This document shows, piece after piece, positions 48,011 to 57,329 of a stretch of 64,000 nucleotides of DNA; position 1 is the first letter of the stretch; the number at the start of each line of letters is the position of its first letter. The position numbers were made by a program, and so were the translations under genes. The stretch is from Nitrospira sp. (GTDB lineage: Bacteria; Nitrospirota; Nitrospiria; Nitrospirales; UBA8639). Location: positions 352,136 to 416,135 of the forward strand of contig CP058931.1 of NCBI GenBank assembly GCA_024760505.1, written 5' to 3'. The notes beneath the pieces are model-generated. The model was not told where the DNA came from. It did no database searches and worked only from the letters and a program-made list of their open reading frames with translations.

Positions 48011-48194
48011 CTTTATAAATAGTCTCCCAATTTTCCAACGCCTGTTGCCCGTTCCCATGGTCGAACGCTCGTATCAAGCGGCAGGACTTACTGGTTTTGG
48101 GTCATTTTGCCGGACCAAAACCCAGCCTTTTTCGTTCATGTACATAATTTAGAGGTGGTCCTAGGAATTTGGACAGGGTGTTAGGCTACAATTT

Positions 48195-48431
48195 GTGACC
48201 AAAGGAGAGTCATGGATTATTAGTCGAACTCGAAAGAATCATCCTGCGAATTTCAAGGCTAAAGTCGCGGTGTCTGCGCTCAGGGAGGATGCGCCGATAT
48301 CGGAGCTGGCGGTGAAATATGGCGTACATGCCACCGTCATTCATCGCTGGAAACGTGAAGTCCTGGCCTCCATGGAGGCGGGGTTTTCAGGAAAGCTTGA
48401 AAAGAGCAACACCGAGCACGAGGCGCACCTC
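48195..48431 (+). mobile_element. IS3-family transposase OrfA remnant (N-terminal HTH part only)
   Basis: RKNHPANFKAKVAVSALREDAPISELAVKYGVHATVIHRWKREVL resembles IS3/IS911 OrfA. Similarity is lost after about aa 79. GTG start, and no intact OrfB follows. A possible OrfB scrap (NMVMESLSNTLRQ) lies on the opposite strand near 48710-48760. Confidence 0.6.
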
Positions 48432-49060
48432 AGAGGTGGTCCGGGACGTTTTACTCTCAAAGGCATGGAACCACCCACGGCGCTCACTGCAGCAAGCCTT
48501 TTTTTTTCCAAAATGAAAAAACGCGCCATGGGATGGTGCCCCGATTACTCTTGCAATTGCAGCTGTCAATCGATAACTTTCCAGAAATTTGTGGGTCGAT
48601 GGCCAAAAACTCTTGAAAAACAACGGAGAGCCGGATAGATACCCAATAAAAATGTGCTATAATCGGCCCCAAAATGTCCTTGAGTACGAACACATTCTCA
48701 CTTAGTCAGCTAAGCCGTGAATTGCCTCAAGGTATTGCTCAAACTTTCCATGACCATATTTTTGCGTGCGACCATCTCCAATGGCTTTCCTGCCCACAAA
48801 GTCCAATGATAGAAAGCGATCAAGGTCTCTCGCTTCTGGATTGTCCTACGATAAATTCCTCCTCTTCCCTCAGTTTTGCATACCCCCATATAGTACAATT
48901 CACGATGGAACCCAGATCACGCAGGGGGACCATCTCCCTCTTAGGCAACGCAAAATAACCTTCCCCATTGAGCATTCCTTCTTAGGTTTTTTCCTCAGTG
49001 GGATATTTTATATGGGTAGTTTCAGTTTCATAATCTTCTTACTAAACGGGAGCGTCAGTG

Positions 49061-50602
49061 ATGAGAATCTTGTTAGCTGGAATGGTCGCGATGTTCTTGA
49101 TGTTCCCCCTGCATGTCGCAGCGGGCTTCACATTCGATCAGGTGGTTCAGAAAGCGAAAAACTTAGCGGATAAACCCTATGAGGCCCCTCAACTTGTCCC
49201 AAAAATTATGCGGGAAATATCCTATGAGGCGTATAAAGGGATCCGGTTTAATCCTGACCACAGTCTATGGAAAGAGAGCCAATCAAATTTTCAAGTCATG
49301 TTTCTTACTCCGGGGTTGCATTACACCCACCCGGTGACCATCAACGTCATCGACGCCGAAGGTCCACGCCCGCTGGTTTTTAAGAAAAGCGACTTTGTGT
49401 TTGCCGACCCCGAAATCGAAAAACGGGTGCCGGCCGATGTAGGATTTGCCGGATTCAAGCTGACCTTTCCCTTGAAAAACAAAAATGAACAAAATCAGTT
49501 TTTGGTTTTCGCGGGGGCGAGTTATTTTCGGGGGGTCGGAAAGGAAAACGTGTTCGGGTTAGCAGGACGAGGCCTGGCCATTGATACGGGACTCCCCAGC
49601 GGAGAGGTATTTCCTTCATTCACGGAATTCTGGTTGGTACGCCCGTCTCCAGATGCCAAAGAAATGGTGGTTTATGGTTTACTGGACAGCATCAGTCTCA
49701 CTGGAGCATATCAATTTACCATTGTCCCCGGTAGCCAGACGAAGATGAAGGTACGCACCAAACTCTTCCCCAGAAAACCTATTCAGTTATTGGGTGTTGC
49801 CCCGCTGACCAGCATGTTCTTTTATGGAGAGAATACCCCACGACCAGCTGGAGAATGGCGCAGGGAAGTCCATGATTCGGACGGATTGCAGATTCATGAT
49901 GGCCTGACCCGTGAGTGGTTGTGGCGTCCCTTGATGAATCCTGCCAACCTTGAAATGGATTTTTTCAGCACGGACAATGTACAAGGATTCGGTTTACTGC
50001 AACGTGAGGAAAAATTTTCTGGCTACGAAGATTTAGGGGCGCATTATGAACAACGTCCAAGCGCCTGGGTCGAACCACAGGGTGACTGGGGGCAAGGAAA
50101 AGTGGTGCTCGTCCAACTGCCTACCCCCAATGAAACGCATGACAACATTGTCGCATTTTGGACACCCGTAGCGCCCGTGACCCGGGAGACCCCTTTAGAA
50201 ATGGCCTATGATGTGAGTTTTGGGAAGGCCACTCTCTCACAAAATCCGTTGGGAACCGTGGTCAATACCTTTATCGGGGACGGCAATCGGATCGGGGGAG
50301 GAAATGTTCCGCAGGCGTATCGTATCATTATCGATTTTGCGGGTGGCCCACTGAGCAAAATGCCGCCCGATGCTCCCATCAGCGGCCAGGTCACGGTGTT
50401 GGACAATAGCGACATCCTGGAGCATTTTGTGGAATATCATGAACAGATACAAGGATGGCGACTGTCCATCCTGGCCAAACCTCAAGACAAAAAGCCGCTT
50501 CATTTGCGGGCATTTCTCAAAACAGATTTGGCAACCTTAACGGAAACCTGGACGTACCGCCTACCAATGAATAACCACATTCTGGCACCAGAAAAAGAAT
50601 AA
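49061..50602 (+). CDS. opgG: Periplasmic glucan biosynthesis protein OpgG/MdoG
   Basis: Signal peptide, then FTFDQVVQKAKNLADKPYEAP..., FAGASYFRG and FWLVRP, which are characteristic of MdoG/OpgG. Confidence 0.85.
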   Translation: MRILLAGMVAMFLMFPLHVAAGFTFDQVVQKAKNLADKPYEAPQLVPKIMREISYEAYKGIRFNPDHSLWKESQSNFQVMFLTPGLHYTHPVTINVIDAEGPRPLVFKKSDFVFADPEIEKRVPADVGFAGFKLTFPLKNKNEQNQFLVFAGASYFRGVGKENVFGLAGRGLAIDTGLPSGEVFPSFTEFWLVRPSPDAKEMVVYGLLDSISLTGAYQFTIVPGSQTKMKVRTKLFPRKPIQLLGVAPLTSMFFYGENTPRPAGEWRREVHDSDGLQIHDGLTREWLWRPLMNPANLEMDFFSTDNVQGFGLLQREEKFSGYEDLGAHYEQRPSAWVEPQGDWGQGKVVLVQLPTPNETHDNIVAFWTPVAPVTRETPLEMAYDVSFGKATLSQNPLGTVVNTFIGDGNRIGGGNVPQAYRIIIDFAGGPLSKMPPDAPISGQVTVLDNSDILEHFVEYHEQIQGWRLSILAKPQDKKPLHLRAFLKTDLATLTETWTYRLPMNNHILAPEKE

Positions 50603-50850
50603 TGGCCCGATCGATTGCCGAACATACTCTCTCACGAGCCTGTGACTACCTGTCGGCAATGGGAGTAGAATTAACGCGCGAGGTCACGCTGCGGGCTCTC
50701 ACCCTGGTTGAGGCCGGACTGGCTTCAAAGCAGGAAGATCCACTGCAATTTGTGATGACAAGAATCCATGACCACTTTGCCCTGCAGAATCCTCCTCTCC
50801 CAACCACCGCTCCACCGATCACACGCGGCAGCATGAGTTTTAAAACATGA
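50602..50850 (+). CDS. Hypothetical 82-aa protein translationally coupled between opgG and opgH
   Basis: Its ATG overlaps the opgG stop (TAATG) and its stop overlaps the opgH ATG (ATGA). No recognisable family and no TM segment. Confidence 0.4.
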   Translation: MARSIAEHTLSRACDYLSAMGVELTREVTLRALTLVEAGLASKQEDPLQFVMTRIHDHFALQNPPLPTTAPPITRGSMSFKT

Positions 50851-52970
50851 AATTTCGTGAAGCCACAATCGCCGAAGCCCAGCATTCGCTGGCCACCCCC
50901 AGACGAATAAGCTGGAGAATTGCCGCAGGACTCCGGCGTGCCCTGCTCACCGTATTAGTCCTCATCCAATCTTTAGTGGCCGCTTCGTATATGACGGCCA
51001 TCCTTCCCTATCATGGAGGGAATTTCCTGGAGATGGCGATTATCACCCTGTTTTTTGTGCTATTCGTCTGGATTTCCGTTGGATTTTGGATTGGCATGTT
51101 CGGATTTGTCCTCCGGTGTTTCGGCGGGGATCGATTTTCCCCACTGGGACGCCATACCGCTGCAGAGTTAAGCTCTCAACCCCTAGCACGGACAGCCGTG
51201 GTCATGCCGATCTATCACGAACCCATTCAGCGGACATTCGGCGGGATCCGCGCAATGTATCGCTCCTTAGAACAGACCGGGCAGATTGACCATTTTGATT
51301 TTTTCATTCTTTCCGACAGCCGCAATCCGGATGTGTGGTTGGCTGAACAAGCCGCCTGGCATCGGTTATGTACCGAATTGGGAGCGGGCGGACATCTGTT
51401 TTATCGGCGCCGGTCTTTGAACCAACATTATAAAAGTGGGAATATTGCCGACTTTCTTCGCCGGTGGGGTTCCGGCTATGAGTATATGATCGTCCTTGAT
51501 GCAGATAGTCTCATGGGTGGATCCACCCTGGTCACGATGGTGCAACTCATGCAGGCTGAACCTCAAACAGGCATCCTGCAAACCAGCCCCACCTTGATCA
51601 ATGCCCGTTCAATGTTTGCACGGGTCCAGCAATTTGCCAATCATATCTACGGCCCACTGTTTACGACAGGCCTTGCCTCCCTACAGCTTGGGGAAGCAGT
51701 CTACTGGGGCCATAATGCCATTCTTCGCACACAAGCGTTTATGAAACATGCCGGCCTGAAGCGGCTTCCCGGGCCAGGACTTTTTCATGGCCCTATTCTC
51801 AGTCACGATTTTGTGGAAGCCTCATTTATGGGACGTGGCGGGTATGAAGTCTGGCTGGAACCGGAACTCTCTCACAGTTATGAAGAATCCCCTCCCACCC
51901 TTGTGGATGATCTGCAACGCGATAAACGCTGGGCCAAAGGAAATTTACAGCACATCTGGCTCATGCTGTTTGAGCCCGGCCTGCGGCCTGCGCATCGCAT
52001 GGCCTTTTTGAACGGGATTATGTCCTACCTGGCCTCCCCCTTGTGGTTAATCTTTTTGGTGTTAACAACGATCGAAGCCGCACGTCTGGTCTTGTATCCG
52101 ATCAATTACTTTCCCGAACCTCATAGTCTGTTTCCCCATTGGCCTGAGTGGAATCCGGAATGGGCCATCATTCTGGCCAGCAGCACCTTGTTCCTGCTGT
52201 TTCTGCCAAAATTTCTGTCCGTGATCGATGTCATCCGACGTCGACGGAGCAAACAACACGGTGGCATCATTCGACTGTTGATCAGCGTTTTCCTGGAAAT
52301 TGTGGTGTCCACTCTTCTGGCGCCCATTCGCATGTTGGCCCATAGCCGTTTTGTGTTGGAAGCACTGCTTAACACAACATTGCGGTGGGCCGGCCAGAAT
52401 CGGACAGATGAAACCGGCTGGTCTGCTGCCATTTTAAATCAGGCCCCGGGGACGCTGATTGCCGGAGCCTGGGCCGCATTCGCTTTCTGGCTTGATCAGA
52501 TGTTTTTTTTCTGGTCTCTCCCGGTCGCAGCACCACTCGTGTTTGCCGCACCTACCTCCGTGTTTCTCAGTCGGGTGGGACCAGGTGAACGACTGAAGCG
52601 CTGGGGATTTTTGCAAGTTCCTGAGGAACGTCATGGCTCACCGTTGTTGGATGATGTCTATGCCAGGACCTATCCTCAATTGGAGACGTACACTGAACGT
52701 TCTTCTTCCGCCATACAGGCTATCCTGGATCCGGTGCTAAACCAGGTACATCAAGCCATGGCTCATGCGCATCGAGGGGGCAAAAAACAGGAAATGATCC
52801 TCGCGCTCCGCAAACGATGCTTTGAACATGGCCCGCACGCCCTCACGCAAAAAGAACTCTGTCACCTGGTACGCGACCGGGCCAGTTTGCAATGGCTGCA
52901 TGAGCAGGCCTGGCAGGCTCCGCCTGATTCCTATTGGGGCAAAGCCCTTCAGCATCATTTTCAACACTGA
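50847..52970 (+). CDS. opgH: Glucans biosynthesis glucosyltransferase H (GT2, OpgH/MdoH)
   Basis: GT2 motifs ILSDS, VLDADS and the QRDKRWAKG (Q-x-x-RW-like) motif, with multiple TMS on both sides of the catalytic domain. Confidence 0.9.
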   Translation: MKFREATIAEAQHSLATPRRISWRIAAGLRRALLTVLVLIQSLVAASYMTAILPYHGGNFLEMAIITLFFVLFVWISVGFWIGMFGFVLRCFGGDRFSPLGRHTAAELSSQPLARTAVVMPIYHEPIQRTFGGIRAMYRSLEQTGQIDHFDFFILSDSRNPDVWLAEQAAWHRLCTELGAGGHLFYRRRSLNQHYKSGNIADFLRRWGSGYEYMIVLDADSLMGGSTLVTMVQLMQAEPQTGILQTSPTLINARSMFARVQQFANHIYGPLFTTGLASLQLGEAVYWGHNAILRTQAFMKHAGLKRLPGPGLFHGPILSHDFVEASFMGRGGYEVWLEPELSHSYEESPPTLVDDLQRDKRWAKGNLQHIWLMLFEPGLRPAHRMAFLNGIMSYLASPLWLIFLVLTTIEAARLVLYPINYFPEPHSLFPHWPEWNPEWAIILASSTLFLLFLPKFLSVIDVIRRRRSKQHGGIIRLLISVFLEIVVSTLLAPIRMLAHSRFVLEALLNTTLRWAGQNRTDETGWSAAILNQAPGTLIAGAWAAFAFWLDQMFFFWSLPVAAPLVFAAPTSVFLSRVGPGERLKRWGFLQVPEERHGSPLLDDVYARTYPQLETYTERSSSAIQAILDPVLNQVHQAMAHAHRGGKKQEMILALRKRCFEHGPHALTQKELCHLVRDRASLQWLHEQAWQAPPDSYWGKALQHHFQH

Positions 52971-53303
52971 ACAGATTTGACCGGGACCTCACCACCTCTG
53001 GACTATCCACCACCAGGCACCTGCCTACCTCAGCACTGCGTTGATCCCCCACTACCCATTTCCGTCTAATCTCAATTTCTTTTCTTTTTCGTCTCCACAT
53101 TGCATGGCCCAATTTCTGCCTCAACGCATCAGACTGGATTGCCCTACTCTTTTCCGATAAGATCCCCCATTCCCTTACAACCGGGCGCAAGGAATGGCTA
53201 CTGTGATGAGCGTTCATCAGAGATGAACCATTTCCTTGTTTCTTTCGACAAATAGACAAGAGCACACCGATATTCACTCATTCATGTCACGGAAGGAACC
53301 ATC

Positions 53304-55115
53304 ATGCGATTTCTTCGAATCCTACGATCTACAGTCCTAATGATAGGCCTCGCGATAATGATATGCTTCTACACCAGTGCGCAGGCTAGTGATTCCCTGA
53401 ATATCCAGACGATCCTATTAGAAAAGCCGGTCTACTTTACGACGGTCATTGGAGACGAGGCTCTCCTCCAGCCAGGAACCTATGAGATCCTTCCCTTGGC
53501 TGACAGCCTGCAAGTGAGTTCCCAAGATGCAAAACCACCCATCCAATTGGCCATCACCTTGGACACACATGATCAGGACTTGCGTGATCCCGTGGCCGTC
53601 TCTGTTCCCGGCATACCGGGGGGAGATTCCGCTGACCGCCATGTGCTGGCACTGTTCCTACCAGGCGGGCTTGCCTATGAAGCTGAAGGCACCTATAGCG
53701 GCATTCGCTCCCGCGCAGTTGATCCGCAATCCTTGATCACGGATCCCATGAAAATTTATCTGGAGAAACCGGTACATTTTATGAGTCCTGATGGAAACGG
53801 CCTTGAGGTGCCGATTGGAACCTACACCGTGGAGAATGCGGGAGAAGGGATTCGGTTAATGACTCCTGAAAAAGAGGAGGGCCTACTTTTGGAAGCCCAA
53901 CAAGACACAAATGATGGAGCTCTCGAGACCTCGGTCGCTCTGTCTTTACCGGGTGACGCCGAAGAAGAAGCCGATCTGCATTATATCGTCCTGATGGCGC
54001 CTACCGGAGAAAGCTTACAGGCCTTCGGGACCTATAGCGGCATTCAACAACGGGGACTCTTTCAAAATATTGCCAAAGGGGCGAAGGGAACCGTAAACCG
54101 CGCGAAAAGCACCGTGAATCGGGTTGGGCAGGGAGCGAAGCGCGCAACCCAGCAAATCGGGAAAGGCATCCAACAAACCGGACAGAACGCAGGCCAGTTC
54201 GCTCAAAAAACGGCATTGGAAGCCAAGAAAAAGGCTGAATGGCTGGCCAGACAAGCCGCGCAAGGTGCCCTGATCGCCGCCAAAGCAGGATGCAAGGCCG
54301 GCCTCACAGCTACACGCATTGCGGCAGAAGTTCAAGCCAAAATTTTAGGGCCAATAATGGGAGCATTGGCCAAGGCCCTGCAGATGGATAAAACGCAAGC
54401 AGCCCTTCGCCAAGCCATCAACACCATCAAACAACAACAGGGACCGGCCATTCAACAGGCCATTACCGCCGGATTGAGACTCACTGATCCCCAGAATGCC
54501 CAAGCGGTCAACCAGATGATGGATCCAAACCGGATGTGCGAAAAACCTGCGGCCACAGTCCAAGACACATTTCAGAAGATGGTGGGAGCTCCGTTACGAG
54601 CGGCATTGAACGAATCGCAAAACGCGAATAGTTCCGGTATCCGCTCTCGAGGATCCGTGGCCTCAGCCAACATCGGCATCGGGGGAAATTTGGCCAAAAT
54701 CGGAGGAGGCGAATTGGGTGTCAGTTATGCATTTGATTTTGTGAACCAGCCCCATTGGTACCTGGATCTGGCTGCCATGGTCAAAACCAATATCGGCGGA
54801 GGCGGAGGAGTTTCAATTGGCATCTTTCCACGAGTCAATCCGGATACTGTCGGGGGATGGTTCCTTGGCGCTGGAGTGGGTTTTCCTTTCCCCCATCCCA
54901 AGCTGGCAAAAGTCATGGATGCCGGCCTGGACGTCTTTTTTGATTTCCCGCTTCGGATCGAACCGCCCTTCAGGCCGAAATGGGATTTGACCTCAGCCAA
55001 ATTCTTTTTAGACCATTTCCAGGGATTTGCCATAAGCGTTGGCGCGGGAAAGAGCGCTTCGCCTGTCGATATTGCACTTAAGGGCGGTGTGGGCATCCGT
55101 TTGACAAAGCCTTGA
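53304..55115 (+). CDS. Secreted protein with two copies of an unannotated ~105-aa module, a helical K/A/Q-rich middle and a Gly-rich beta C-terminus
   Basis: Signal peptide ending SAQA. Modules at nt 53400-53717 and 53745-54056 end in GTYSGIRSR and GTYSGIQQRG. A third SGIRSRG occurs further on. Confidence 0.7.
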   Translation: MRFLRILRSTVLMIGLAIMICFYTSAQASDSLNIQTILLEKPVYFTTVIGDEALLQPGTYEILPLADSLQVSSQDAKPPIQLAITLDTHDQDLRDPVAVSVPGIPGGDSADRHVLALFLPGGLAYEAEGTYSGIRSRAVDPQSLITDPMKIYLEKPVHFMSPDGNGLEVPIGTYTVENAGEGIRLMTPEKEEGLLLEAQQDTNDGALETSVALSLPGDAEEEADLHYIVLMAPTGESLQAFGTYSGIQQRGLFQNIAKGAKGTVNRAKSTVNRVGQGAKRATQQIGKGIQQTGQNAGQFAQKTALEAKKKAEWLARQAAQGALIAAKAGCKAGLTATRIAAEVQAKILGPIMGALAKALQMDKTQAALRQAINTIKQQQGPAIQQAITAGLRLTDPQNAQAVNQMMDPNRMCEKPAATVQDTFQKMVGAPLRAALNESQNANSSGIRSRGSVASANIGIGGNLAKIGGGELGVSYAFDFVNQPHWYLDLAAMVKTNIGGGGGVSIGIFPRVNPDTVGGWFLGAGVGFPFPHPKLAKVMDAGLDVFFDFPLRIEPPFRPKWDLTSAKFFLDHFQGFAISVGAGKSASPVDIALKGGVGIRLTKP

Positions 55116-55182
55116 GAAGTTCCGGCCTTTGGGCCAAAAATATTGGGAATGAGCGATTTCGTGCCTCAAGAAACCTTCCCAA

Positions 55183-55210
55183 CGGGGAGCCAAAAGGCTC
55201 CCCATTTTTT
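55183..55210 (+). terminator. Rho-independent terminator
   Basis: GGGGAGCC-aaaa-GGCTCCCC followed by ATTTTTTT, 68 nt after the stop at 55115. Confidence 0.7.
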
Positions 55211-55452
55211 TGTCGAAATTTCATTGCTGCTCAATGGAAATCGGGAAAATGCTTCGATTCGTAATTACACTTTTCATCAATTATCGTGTGCAGAGTTCGA
55301 TGTTCAAAAGGGAATCTTCGGCACGCCATGTAAGCCACGCACATATTTCTCAACATGCTTTTCTCCACACAACCTCAAAAGGGCCTATGATACGAATAAT
55401 TCAGGAACCGCCTACCCCTCGCGATATCATCCCTTCGATGCTCTAGACCCAT
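55194..55452 (+). repeat. Copy 1 of a ~260-bp direct repeat flanking the TA module
   Basis: Aligns with 56229-56488 at roughly 75% identity by eye. The conserved core is TTCAAAAGGGAATCTTC.GCA.GCCA...AAGCCACG.ACATATTT.TCAACATGC. No convincing ORF on either strand. Confidence 0.7.
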
Positions 55453-55646
55453 GCTCTCAACCGTGGACAGCCCCTCATTGCCATAATGTCACTATGCCGA
55501 CCAGCATATCACGCCAATTCTACGCTGACGAAACAGTTGACAGCCCTGTAAAATCAGACGAGAATCGCGGCATAATTATTGGCCCATTAGGAGAGCGATA
55601 TACCGGTCAGCATACTATGTTTCATGAAAATAGGAGGGACAACAGG

Positions 55647-55856
55647 ATGAGTAGCACTAAAGAGCTATTAGATGAGGCAATGAAACTAAAACCAGAGGAA
55701 CGGTTTATCTTAGTTGAGGGCTTGATAAAGAGCCTGGATGAACCAGACAAGAAGCTGGATGAAATCTGGGCTGAGGAATCAGAAAACAGGCTCAAAGCCT
55801 ATCGGGAAGGAAAGCTGGAAGGCATTCCAATGCAGGAAATTTTTAACGAAGAATGA
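55647..55856 (+). CDS. Antitoxin, 'putative addiction module component' family
   Basis: MSSTKELLDEAMKLKPEERFILVEGLIKSLDEPDKKLDEIWAEESENRLKAYREGK is the typical pattern of this antitoxin family. GGAGGG RBS. Its stop overlaps the toxin start (ATGA). Confidence 0.75.
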   Translation: MSSTKELLDEAMKLKPEERFILVEGLIKSLDEPDKKLDEIWAEESENRLKAYREGKLEGIPMQEIFNEE

Positions 55857-56152
55857 TGCGCGTTATCTTCACCAGAATTGCCAGACAGGAATTGAACGAT
55901 GCTGTTCGTTTTTATGAACTCGAATATTCAGGGCTTGGGAACAAGTTCAAGGAGGAAGTGAGAAAGGCTGTATTACGAATTGTCGCGTTTCCTCACGCAT
56001 GGTCCACAGCGCGTGGAGATGTAAGAAAATGTCTCCTTCACAAGTTCCCCTACAAATTGATGTACTCTATAGAAACCGATCATATTCTTGTCATCGCCGT
56101 AGCTCATCAACACCGAAAACCAGACTACTGGGTTGATAGTAATGAAACATAA
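55853..56152 (+). CDS. RelE/ParE-family toxin
   Basis: 99 aa. ARQELNDAVRFYE...FPYKLMYSIETDHILVIAVAHQHRKPDYW is the typical ParE/RelE plasmid-stabilisation fold signature. Confidence 0.8.
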   Translation: MMRVIFTRIARQELNDAVRFYELEYSGLGNKFKEEVRKAVLRIVAFPHAWSTARGDVRKCLLHKFPYKLMYSIETDHILVIAVAHQHRKPDYWVDSNET

Positions 56153-56228
56153 CGAGAGGCTCCTACCGCAGCATGGGTACTGAGGGTCCGACTTGAATTT
56201 CATGAGGGAACCCCCTTTGGCTGGAAAT

Positions 56229-56488
56229 GGCTCCCCACTGATTTATGAGTAGATTTCAGTGCTGCTCAAAGGCGATCGGAAAAGGTTCGACTCGGAATTA
56301 CACTTTCCCTCAAGCATTGTGAACAGAGCTCTACATTCAAAAGGGAATCTTCAGCATGCCAAGCAAGCCACGTACATATTTTTCAACATGCCTTTTATCC
56401 AAACGTCCTCAAAAACGGCTATGATACGAATGGTTCAGCAACCGCCTGACCATCGCGATATCAAACCTTCGATGATCTAGACTCATAT
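56229..56488 (+). repeat. Copy 2 of the ~260-bp direct repeat
   Basis: See 55194-55452. Lies between the toxin stop and the next two-gene module. Confidence 0.7.
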
Positions 56489-56729
56489 TCTTAACTGGTA
56501 CCAGGCAGAGTCAGATGGACCAGATATGGATCTTTTCGAATGCTGCCATAGTAGACCGATCCGCATAAGATGCCATCATAAATAGCCCCGTGGTCGCAAG
56601 TCATTGAACAGAAAATGTTTTTGACGTATTCTTCAAAAAAAATCGATGGCGGGTTATCCAGACAAAAATTGGCGGATCCGACTCTTATGCGGATCCGGCT
56701 AAACATTGTTCGCTCTAGAGTATTGGCGC

Positions 56730-57329
56730 ATGATCACACTTGAGGAATTCAGAGCCCGTTGCGCGATGGATAAAGCAGAGGACATCGTTGATGAGGTATT
56801 ACTCGAAGACGATGCAGTGCATGTATCAGCAGAGAACCGCACATATCTTTTGGAGGGACTTGCGAGCGTATTGGCAGTTGAGCAGTCTTGCATCCAACTT
56901 TGGATTGTTGGCTCCGCAAAGCTGGGTTTTGCGATTACTGAAAAGAAGAAGGATGGGGAATTACTGCCACGGTATCGTCCTTTCAGCGCAATCTCCGATA
57001 TCGATACGGCTATCGTAAGCCCCGAACTGTTTCGCATTGTGTGGGACGAACTCTCTACCTATGCGCACGGCCAGCCATGGATGCCATGGAACTCGGGTCG
57101 ACTGGGCGATTATATGGTCTACGGTTGGCTTCGGCCTGATCATTTCCCCCGGGGTGGCCGAGTCAGAAAATGTGATGACTGGTGGGATCAGTTTCGCCGA
57201 TTCTCTGCCGATCCACGCTTTGGCCGCCGCAGCGTTCGTGGGGGGCTGTTTCATTCAATTTCCGACCTTCGGCGATACCTGCGCCGATCAGTATTAGAAT
57301 GCATCCATGCAGAACAGGAGCAAGCATGA
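56730..57329 (+). CDS. Hypothetical protein with a minimal nucleotidyltransferase-like motif (GS...DxD)
   Basis: LWIVGSAKLGFAI...RPFSAISDIDTAIV resembles the Pol-beta-superfamily G-S / D-x-D signature. Its stop overlaps the ATG of the DUF262 gene (ATGA). I prefer the ATG at 56730 over the TTG at 56706. Confidence 0.5.
   Translation: MITLEEFRARCAMDKAEDIVDEVLLEDDAVHVSAENRTYLLEGLASVLAVEQSCIQLWIVGSAKLGFAITEKKKDGELLPRYRPFSAISDIDTAIVSPELFRIVWDELSTYAHGQPWMPWNSGRLGDYMVYGWLRPDHFPRGGRVRKCDDWWDQFRRFSADPRFGRRSVRGGLFHSISDLRRYLRRSVLECIHAEQEQA

Noticed and set aside
48710-48898. 62-aa minus-strand ORF containing NMVMESLSNTLRQ, similar to the IS3 OrfB motif DNA.MESFF..LK.E.
   Set aside because: Only a single short motif, with neighbouring segments out of the expected order. 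Mentioned as possible IS debris but not called as a feature.
55143-55646. Long N-terminal extension that makes the antitoxin ORF appear to be 237 aa.
   Set aside because: The extension runs through direct-repeat copy 1 and non-coding-looking sequence and has no family similarity. The recognised antitoxin domain starts at the internal ATG (55647), which has its own GGAGGG RBS.
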